Translations under genes and position numbers: made by a program
Notes under the pieces: generated by a model
What the model saw: only the letters and a program-made list of their open reading frames with translations
What the model was told of the DNA's origin: nothing
Database searches by the model: none
Source: Catajapyx aquilonaris
Lineage: Eukaryota
DNA: 35,743 bases
Assembly (NCBI GenBank): GCA_000934665.2
Contig: JYFJ02004057.1
Location: forward strand, 1-35,743
Direction of reading: 5' to 3'
Part shown: piece after piece, positions 9,881 to 19,240 of the stretch
How the letters are laid out: every line of letters starts with the position of its first letter
Numbering within the stretch: the stretch's first letter is position 1

Positions 9881-10992
9881 TTGAATCGGGGTCAGGAATG
9901 ACAAATTTATGCACATTTTAACCGATGAATATTTTGAAAGAAACCCTAAATTTCCTGCAATTTCAATTGCTGTTACTTTTAAGTACTCACATGCCATACT
10001 CCAACCTCCATGAGAATATTGGATGTAAGTCGTCTGGTTGCCTTATAGAAAAGCACATGGATATTCACTAAGTGTCATACAACCCTGTTTTATGACATTA
10101 GTTTGAAAACTCTGCATAGAATGGAAAAAAAAAATCACATCCATATATTCCTTATCCAATGAGAAATAAGCAGATGGGAATTGGTTGCAGGTGCGATGGT
10201 GAGAGAAGGACAAGAAAATAATGATATGTGCAGCTTGTGCTTTTCTCATTTACACATTTTGAAGTCAATTAGTAGAGAAACAAGAGAGAAAACCGGAAGT
10301 GAAACAATTCCTCAGCGTACGTGATTTACTTGGATGTCAAGTTCCTTTATGTAGTGTCATAAGCAGATCATGATGATTTTGCAGTGTCTACCAATAACAT
10401 TTTATTGTAAGTTATTCAAAATAATAAAAAAGAGTGAAAATAAGTTTTAAAAATAATGTACAGTCTTTGTGTCGCAAAATTTTGCAAGGGGGTGAAAATG
10501 GGAACTTCTTCGCGCTTTTTTTTTCTGTTCGTGGAAGTGGTCAAAACATATAAACCATATTCGTCAATAGAAAGAATAACACGAGAACGCACATTATTTT
10601 GTCATTAGTTTTCCTCACAAAATAATGTGACCAGAATTCATATGGACAAAAACCATACGCCATCGAGTAATTAGGTATTACTTTAGTGTGAAACATCGCA
10701 TTTTCAACAGACCACTTACCCCACTAATCCCTCCAGATCCAACTCCTAAAGGGTCGTCTTCCTCATCACCCTCCCTGGGCATGTCCATCACCATCTCCTC
10801 CTCCTCCTCCTCCGCTTCCTCCTTCTTGACCTCGAGGAGAGTGTCTCCCATGAGTGTAGTAGACTCAATGTCCAACCATGGTGGCGGTGCTTCCTCCTCC
10901 TCCTTCACCCTTAGCCTCCAACTCTCCTCATCCACTGTGATGTCCTCCTCCTTCACTTCCTCCTCCTTCTTTATCCTCAGGATCAAAGACAT
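6608..10992 (-). CDS. C2H2 zinc-finger protein B (~591 aa; acidic psi-KxE N-terminus, 16 canonical fingers plus 1 degenerate)
   Basis: join(10992-10720, 8110-6608). Phase-0 GTAAGT donor at 10719 and TTCCAG acceptor at 8111-8112 keep the frame. CxxC-x12-HxxxH fingers with TGEKPF linkers. UTR intron 10997-11158. Confidence 0.88.
8309..8741 (-). mobile_element. Helitron remnant: Pif1-helicase C-terminus and 3' terminus, in the intron of gene B (may extend to ~9480)
   Basis: Frameshifted minus-strand motifs VIPTYAMKIN..SPGQ (from 8741), LDEPVFS, HGQLHVALSRS (8648-8616), NVVYREVL* (8532-8506), matching the AMTINKSQGQ / PVFSHGQLYVALSR / NVVYxEVL pattern. Hairpin GCCAAATTTTGGC (8335-8323) lies 10 nt before the terminal CTAG|T at 8309. 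Confidence 0.82.
8951..9217 (+). mobile_element. tRNA-derived SINE with V/Meta-SINE-like central core
   Basis: A-box TGGCGGAGTGG, B-box GAGTTCGATCCC, core GTTCTCTCCGTGTTCGCGTGGGTTTTCTCGGGGGTTCTCCCATTTCCTCTCACA. TSD ACTGTCATCTGTT(A/G)T (8936-8950, 9218-9232). Confidence 0.8.
9694..9807. mobile_element. Short palindromic MITE-like element
   Basis: Perfect inner arms AAAAGGTGGCAGCACTCCCTTGGC / GCCAAGGGAGTGCTGCCACCTTTT, imperfect outer arms GCCTGAA...TTCAGGC. No TSD resolved. Confidence 0.6.
9850..9879. repeat. (AAT)n microsatellite
   Basis: About 10 tandem AAT units. Confidence 0.9.
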
Positions 10993-11880
10993 GGTCCTGC
11001 AAACACAAGGGTGGAGGTCAAGTCAGGTCAAGTGTAGTCATGTCAATAAGTACACCACACAAATCAAGCCAGCCAAAGATGAGGGACACTTTCTCTCTAA
11101 GGAGTGTGGTCAAAGTCAAGCAACCCAGATCAGTCCATCCCCCTCCCGATCCACTCACCCTCCTTCCTTCCTTCCTTCCTTCCTTCCTTCTCCTTCCCTC
11201 CCTCCAACCACACCACCCTTCAGAAGAGGAGGTGGTCCAACTGAAGGCGATGGAAGAAGGAGACGGGTTGAAACGAGTTCGATTCACTCTCTCTGGACGA
11301 CACTTCAAGAGGATCGAAATGGAATAAAAATGCTCTTGCTCAGGCGGCCATCTTTCTTTTCTTTTCTTTTCTCTTTTATTTTTTTAAAAATGCGAATGAG
11401 GGTGCGTTCCTGTCGCCACACACCAGAGAGTGGAAGGACGGGCTTATGCGCTATTGAGACGTCAACAATCGCCGCTACTGGTGAGACTGTTATCCGCCAA
11501 TAGCTCCTTTCGTCATTCACAACACTTTCTCACTGAAAAAACAGGATTATGTTCTCCAGTCACACTTTCTCTGGTTATGGGGACATGTGAGTGTGTTTGA
11601 CTCGACATTAGTAATTCATATGCCTGGGACAGAGAAATGAACCACTGAAAAATTGATTATATGCAAATCAAAGGGAGATTTGCAACATTGACATATCCAT
11701 GACATATTTCATGCCAAATATGGCTGGCTTCTATGATATTATGATAGCAACATTCAAACACCGGTCTTGGGAGTCACAATGAGACTGACAATTAAAAACC
11801 TAGTCACGTCAGTACCAAAGTTCAATAATTGGCTGAAATGCTAGAAAATGGCTGTTGAAATCTTCTACAATATTAAAATG
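10307..11880. repeat. Segmental duplication copy 2 (5' part of ZF gene B)
   Basis: Colinear with 554-2340 minus the solo LTR. Confidence 0.92.
11340..11479 (-). promoter_or_regulatory. Conserved promoter/5' leader module of gene B (Inr-like TCATTC ~11397; uORF ATG GCC GCC TGA 11351-11340)
   Basis: Homologous to the blocks at 1830, 14729 and 18350. Confidence 0.65.
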
Positions 11881-12546
11881 CTTGCATTGACCGAGCCCTC
11901 TGATTGGTCCGCCCCCCTATTGTTGCCGCCACCTCTTCCCATTGGCCCCCGTCCATTGTTACTTAAATTAATGCCCTGCTAATTAACAGACAAACGTAGT
12001 GGCATACAATTTTACCAGACCTCACAGAAATTCACTGTCCAAGGTGTAATCGTATTTATTTCAGTCGCTAACTGTTAAGTCATCTTCAACTTTGGTGTCC
12101 TCCTAACTCAATTTTTATGATTCAGAAATGTCCATTCTAAAGTTCAGATAATCTTAATGGAAAGTTTTAAATCACATTTTGTTTATTACCCCCACCACTG
12201 CACTCTTTTGGGGTGGGTTAACTGTACTGTCATGACTCCACAACAACGACCAAACCATAATATTCTACGCTAGTGAAACTATCTTCTGACAGTGAGATGT
12301 GCAACTCATTTTTGATTAAAAGTGGATCTTGATCATTCTTCCCCCGAGGTTTTCATATGCCTTACTGATATCTTTATGGCAAATTTCACAGCCATGAAGT
12401 CTCTCTCTTGTATATGACTTTTCAAATTACTCGCATGGCAAAAAATGGTCACAAATAAAAGGCCTCTCTGCAGTTTCATTTCACGTAAATTTTCATATTG
12501 TGTGGATTACATTATTTTTCGCATACCTCACAAAACATGGTTTGTC

Positions 12547-14641
12547 TCATGTATGAATTCGTGTGTGCCTTTTCAACTTATATGAATCATGAAATGTTTT
12601 ATGGCACACCTCACAAGTGAATGGTTTTTCACCAGTATGAATGCGCATGTGTTTTTTCAAATTATATGAATCAGCAAATTTTTTCTGGCACACCTCACAA
12701 GTGAAGGGTTTGTTTCCAGTATGAATATGCATATGAGATGTCAAAGTACTTGAATCACGAAATGTCTTCTGGCACACATCACAAGTGAATGGTTTTTCTC
12801 CTGTATGAATTCGCATGTGAACTTTCAAATTACGTGAATAACGAAACTTCTTCTGGCACACCTCACAAATAAATGGTCTGTCTCCTCCATGAATATGCAT
12901 ATGAGCTTTCAACTTACTTGAATGATTAAATTTTTTCTGGCACACTTCACAAACATATGGTTTTTCTCCTGTATGAATTCTCAAGTGAGTTTTCAAATCA
13001 GTGGAATTGCGAAATCTTTTCTGGCATACCTCGCAAGTTAATGGTTTCTCTCCCGTATGAATTTGCAAGTGAATTTTCAAACCATATGAATCACGAAACC
13101 TTTTCTCACACACCTCACAAATCATTGATGATTTATCCCCCGTATGAATTCGCATGTGCCTTTTCAAATCACTTGAACGACTAAATTTTTTCTGGCACAC
13201 CTCACAAATACGTGGATTTTCTCCAGAATGAATTTGTTTATGAGTTATCATGTGAATATTCAAATCATCCTGAGTACCAAATAATTTCTGGCATATTGTG
13301 CATTCAAATGAATTCCTTCCATCGCACATTCCCTTGTTCCACTCTTCATGGATCCCCTTCTTTTCTTCGCCATCTTCAGTTCTCACAGGCGTGACCTGGA
13401 AGATGAATCACAGTAAGTTAAGAGGCGGTCTCAGATCCACAGATTGTACAAAGAATTCAGTGTCACTACATGAAACATGTAATGATAGAAATAGTGACCT
13501 CTGTTGGTTCAAGGTCAGAAAGGGCAAAATAAATCAAGTCCCACCTAAGAGGGCCCATTCTGTCAGAATTTTATTTCTAACCACTTTTTTTGGCGATGCA
13601 CAGATAACCTGCAACACAGACAATAATCGCAAGTTCAATGTATTACACTGTGGAATCACGCTTATCAGAATTTCTTATTATAATAACATTATTGTTCGTA
13701 AACAACATGTGACTCAAAAAAAGTCCATCCTGTACCACTGTCAGAAATAAAATCTGCAAGTTTCCTATAGTGCCTTGTCAGTGCAAATTTTTTTACAAAT
13801 TCCTAACTTTCATGCCCAGGTTTTCCCTACTCAGAGGTTAGAGAACAGATATTTAAAAACTGATTTTCACTTTTTTTACTCTATAAGTTTATTGTGAGTG
13901 ACTGCAGAATAGATCCTGGAAGTCATCCTTTGGATGCGAGAACCAACACAAGACCAGTGCCATGTAGACTTATAAAGAGTGTTTTTTTTTTTAGGGTTTT
14001 TTACTAGCAGCTTCAATGGCAGTCCGCACAATGATTTCTTGGCCCAAAACAAGTCGAATATGTAGTGGGGGGAAAATGTCAAGGTTCCAACCTGTCCACC
14101 TGCCAAGGGAATCTCCCTACCGAGGTGTATGTTTCTGCATATGTCCAGAGGCAGGTCTACCTTTTTGCCGGTTGCACCCTTGACATGATTGTCTCATCCC
14201 TACATTTTCGACTTGTTCTTGGTCAAAGAATACGGTATTGCACTATCAGCACAGGAGGTCTGTCAGCATCTGTGCAGACGACTGGCATACCATGTCTGGC
14301 AAGGCCACACATAATTTAGATACACGACTTTGTGACTTCTGTGTAAAATTATATTGCACTTTCAGCAGATTGCATACCCCACTAGTCCTTCCTGAATCAA
14401 CTGCCAAAGGGTCGTCCTCGGCATCATCTTCAACCACCCTGGATGTGTCCACCACCATCTCCTCCTCCTCCTTCTTGACCTCACGAAGCGTGTCTTCCAT
14501 GAGAATGGAGCCACCATCAACGCAAGAAGGGGTCTCCTCCTTCAACGGCAACTGCCATGCCTCCTCCTCCGTTGTGACCATCCCATCATCATCATCTCCT
14601 TCCTCCTCCTCCTCTTTCTTTATCCTCACCATCAAAGACAT
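12547..14641 (-). CDS. C2H2 zinc-finger protein C (~370 aa; acidic psi-KxE N-terminus, 9 fingers)
   Basis: join(14641-14378, 13395-12547). Phase-0 GTATGC donor at 14377, TTCCAG acceptor at 13396-13397. 59-nt UTR intron 14646-14704. The stop TGA replaces the Gly of a TGDKP linker. Confidence 0.87.
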
Positions 14642-14728
14642 GCTCCTGCAATACACTGCAAAAGGTCATGTAATCAAGTGCAGTATCCGCGGTCATCAAC
14701 TCACCTTCCTCGACACCAGACAGAACAT

Positions 14729-14864
14729 TTAGTCCGCCATCTTTGATTCCTTCTTTTTAATAAAAAAAAAAAAATGCAAATGAGGGTGCGTTCCTACCGC
14801 CGCACCAGAGTGTCAAGGACGGACTTATGCGCTATCACTCTCTTCTTCATAATCGCCGCTACTG
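14729..14864 (-). promoter_or_regulatory. Conserved promoter/5' leader module of gene C (Inr-like TCATTT ~14781; uORF ATG GCG GAC TAA 14740-14729)
   Basis: Homologous block; the YY1/Pho-like AAGATGGCGG overlaps the uORF start. Confidence 0.65.
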
Positions 14865-15929
14865 CTGCAGAACGGCTACTCTACGACTCCCGCTTAAACG
14901 CTATTCACATCTTACTGTACCAGTTGTAGTTGACTTCACTGCTGCAACGTATGTGAAAGTGCCACGTCGGAAGTACGTGCAGTCATCGGTTACTGGCTAC
15001 TGCTACAAATAGCTTGCCAGTTTGCAGTAATTACTTGCATGCATCATGCATGCTAGACCTTTGCACTGTCACAATTATTGAGAAAGATTCTGCTGGTTAA
15101 AAATACGACAAGTCCATTTCAGTGCTAAAACTAAAGAACTAGTTATAAAATAATGTAGAAAGAAATGCATAATAAAGTATATCTGCCAATAAATTGACAA
15201 CATGGAAATAACAATGGATTTATTCTAATAATGGTGTAGGTTTAATCAGAGTTCAAAAATATGCACAAGATCTTCAGCATGTTTCAATGCTTAATAATAC
15301 TTTATCAAAAATGAAATATTGAGTGGTAGAGAAGACTGCAGAGCTGCAATCTTCCCGAATAGACTGAATCCTATTTGAGACATTGAATAATAAACATATC
15401 AAAAATTAATAAATTGAAATAAAATACGCAAATTAATATTCACTGTTGCAGTTATTTTGTTTTTTTTGCTGCCCCCGTAAAACGTGTAGGTGGAGAGAAT
15501 GGCCTTAGCAAATAGTAGCTAATGTAAGTGCTACAATTTTGATATAATAATACAGGAAGTACCTGTTTTAGCCGGTAATTGGTTCCACCAACAAAAGGTA
15601 GAAAGTGAATCGTCTTGAAACTAGACAAAATTACATTTTGGATGGATGTGTTGTACCTGACTGTTTGTTATACTTGACCCCGCTCTTATGCTCTATAATA
15701 ATTCTTCAAAGTGTTCCTTGTGTTTGGGACGAGGGACACTGCATTCATTCAGTATATGTCAGAAAATAGGTATCACTTACTGCAAACCTGAATCAAGAAA
15801 CACACCAGGAAAATCCATACCTAGGTCTGGTCGAATAAAAACAGCCACAACTAGTTCTGGTCATTCCTGCTTATTAATATACCTCTACGGATATGGAGGT
15901 CTTCATCCACTGCCCCATCACTTCCATAT

Positions 15930-16187
15930 CCATATAAATGAATGGCATCTTTCCTGTTTGAATTCATGTAAGTTTTCCAATAGTTATGTGGATCGCCCTT
16001 TTTTTTTTTTTGCATACTGTATCGGAAAAAATGGTCTGTTGCATGCGTGAATTTGTTTATGAATTTCCTTACTTGAGTAATGATACTTCTTCATGCACAC
16101 CTCACAAATAAATGGTACCTCAACATTATGAATTCACATGTGAGTTTTCAACTTAGGTGATTCATGGAATATTTTCTGGCATACCTC
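15930..16187 (-). pseudogene. Decayed fingers downstream of the gene D stop
   Basis: In frame after TGA: EVCQKIFHESPKLKTHM*IHNVEVPFICEVCMKKYHYSSKE... Confidence 0.75.
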
Positions 16188-18307
16188 TCAAGTGGATGGT
16201 TTTCCTCCTGTATGAATTCGCATGTGAGCATTCCAACCCCTTGAATTATTAAATTTTTTCTGGCATACCTCACAAGTGACTGGTTTTTCTCCTGTATGAG
16301 TTTTCAAGTGAAGTTTCAAATCACTTGCTCTGCGAAACTTCTTCTGGCAGACCTCACAAGTGAATGGTCTCTCTCCTGTATGAATTAGCATGTGCCTTTT
16401 CAAATCACTGGAACGACTAAGGCTTTTCTGGCACACCTCACAAGTAAATAGTTTTTCTCCTGCATGAATTTGCATATGAGTTTTTAAATTACTGGAATTA
16501 CCAAACTTTTTCTGGCATACGTCACAAGTGAATGGTCTCTCTCCTGTATGGCTTAGCATGTGCCTTTTCATATCACTTGAACGACTAAGTCTTTTCTGGC
16601 ACACCTCACAAGTAATTGGATCTTCTCCTGAATGAATTTTCTTGTGAATTTTCATGTGAATTTTCAAATCACGCTTGGTATCAAATAATCCCTGGCATAT
16701 TCTACACAAAAATGAATTCCTTCCATCGCATATTCCCATGTTCCTCTCGTCGTGGATCCCTGTCTTTTCTTCGCCATCTTCAGTTGTCACTTGCATGACC
16801 TGGAACGTCAATTACAGTAAATAAAGAGGCTGTCTCACAGATCCACAGACTGTACAATCGCAGAATTCACTGTAACTACATGAAAAGTTGTAATGATGGA
16901 AATAATGACCTCTGTTGGATCAAGGTCAGAAAGAATAACCTGTACATTTTAGGACATGAATAATTTGAAAACATCCCTACATAACCTGGTAAGTCGCAAA
17001 ATGTGACTCAAAAAATAGGCCATCATGTACCGTTGTCATAAAAATAAAAATAAAAATTCTGCAATGTTCCTAGTGGCTGCTGTGCCCATTTCACATGCGC
17101 AAAAATTTGCCCAGGTTTTCCCCACTTAGAGAACCAGATATTTAAAACGGAATTTAATTTTTTTCATCAAATATTAAGCACGACTTCCAATAAAAGTAAT
17201 TGCGAGCCACTGCAGTCCTTTCAGTGAAATAAATCAGAAAAGACCATCCCACACTGCATAGGGTGGATCTTACAAGGAGGCAGGCAGCATATCCCTTGGC
17301 CCAAAACTAGTCAAAAACGCAGTGGGGAGAAAAATGTTGAGGGACCAACCAAGTAAGGAGATATAAAAGACCAGTCACATTGGCCTGCCCATAGACCTGT
17401 GTGGCAACCTCTTTGTAGAGAGATTGCCTGGCAGGTGGACTCGCTCACCTTGCAGTTGTTGCCTAAGGAGGCAGGACAAGAGCATGATAACCATGACTGC
17501 AAAATGCTGTCGGTAGTGATTACCATGCTCATATCCTGTTCCTTAGTCACTCACTGCCGGTCCACCTGTCAAGGGACCTCCCTACAAAGAGTTGCCACAC
17601 GTGTCTAGGGGCAGGCCAATGTGACTGGTTGATCCCTCAACATTCCTCACCCCCACACTTTCGTTTGGGCCAATTTTCTTTTGTGAAAATATATTGGAAC
17701 CTTCCGCAGACGACTTACGTACCTCACTAGTCCTTCCTGAGCCAACTGCCAAAGGGTCGTCTTCATCTTCTTCCACCTTGGGAACGGCCACCACCATCTC
17801 CTCCTCCTCCACTGGCTCCTTCTTGATCTCGACGAGAGTGTCTTCTGTGAGCATAGTAGAATCATTGTCCAACCATGGTGGTGGTTCCTCCTTCAACCGC
17901 AACATCCGCGTCTCCTCCTCTGTTGTGATCCCACCACCGTCTCCTTCCTCCTCCTCCTCCGCTCCCTCCCTCTTGATCCCAAGGAGCCTGTCTTTCAATA
18001 GCGTAGAATCAATGCCCAACCATGGTGGTGGTTCCTTCTTCACCCACAACATCCGCGTCTCCTCCTCAGTTGTGATGTCCTCATCTGGCTCATCTTCCTC
18101 CTCTGCTGGCTCCTTCTTGACCTCATGAAGCCTGTCTTCCATGAGCGTACTAGAATCATTGTCCAACCATGGTGGTGGTGTCTCCTCCTCCTCCTTCAAC
18201 TGCAGCCTCCAACTCTCCTCTTCTGTCGTGATGTCCTCATCACCATCATCTCCTTCCTCCTCCTCCTCCTCCACTGGCTCCTTCTTTATCCTCACTGGAG
18301 ATGACAT
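16188..18307 (-). CDS. C2H2 zinc-finger protein D (~398 aa; triplicated acidic psi-KxE module, 6 fingers)
   Basis: join(18307-17723, 16799-16188). Phase-0 GTACGT donor at 17722, TTCCAG acceptor at 16800-16801. The intron is partly homologous to the gene C intron. Confidence 0.87.
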
Positions 18308-18349
18308 GGTGGTCCTCAGCAGCTCCTGACCTTCCACGACGCCAACAAT

Positions 18350-18474
18350 TCAGTCCGCCATCTTTGATTCCTTTCTTCATTCTTTTTTATGCAAATGAGG
18401 GTGCGTTCCTGTCGCCACACCAGAGTCAAGGAGGGGCTTATGCGCTATTCCCACATCACCAGTCGCCGCTACTG
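18350..18474 (-). promoter_or_regulatory. Conserved promoter/5' leader module of gene D (Inr-like TCATTT ~18396; uORF ATG GCG GAC TGA 18361-18350)
   Basis: The 86-bp core differs from the gene A copy at about one position. Confidence 0.65.
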
Positions 18475-19240
18475 CTACTCGCTCCAGCAACGGCTATTCA
18501 CTACTTATTCCTGTGTACCCACATTATGCTGTGTACTAGTGTACACGTGTCAAAGTGCCAACTAGACACTATTCCTTTATTGAAAGAGGAAGTACTAGTG
18601 CGTGTAGGCCTAACACACTGGGGCAATTCCGCTCTAAAGGAATAGAGTAGGCCATGGTACGTGCATTAGCTTTTTCGATCCAGCTCAAGATTACTTGCCT
18701 TCTCTATATCAGGAATGATTTACCTTTGACAATCATTCAGTTAGATTTTACTTTGCGAAACTATTGTGCCATCTTCTCAGCAATAATTATTTCACGGGCG
18801 AAAAAAAAAGTGTATCCTTGCAGTTTGACAACCGTTCGGACAGAAGAGGGTAGCCCCTGAACAGGAAGGATGAAAGTTGAACTTCATGTCCGGTCTGGTC
18901 AATACAGCATTGTGTTAGCCTACAACTAAGTACATGATCGGGCGGACGGCTCTTCGTCCCTAATGAAATATTCATGTGGAATCCTGGGGCTGGACAAAAG
19001 GGTGTGTTTCGTGTCAACATTCATTGATTGAGGCGTCATTTCTCAGTGACGTACAGCTCGCAGGCGATGATTACGCATCAATAATAATCCCTGGCACGTG
19101 CCAGGGATTATTCCCACATAGCACAGTGCCGCCATATGCTTGTACAAGCATATGGCGTAAAAATATTATTGCAACAGCGGCGAAAAGTCAATGTTTGCAC
19201 TTACAGTATATATCTTCGTATGCATAATAATATTTGCAAC

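Noticed and set aside
10688..11503. 271-aa plus-strand ORF and similar Ser-rich antisense ORFs (1160, 14238, 17694)
   Set aside because: They are antisense shadows of Glu-rich exons and CT-rich leaders, and are not kept open between paralogs.
16188..16190. TGA at a zinc-ligand Cys position as selenocysteine or readthrough
   Set aside because: A second in-frame TGA at an Arg position follows in the same finger, downstream fingers are degenerate, and no SECIS was recognised.
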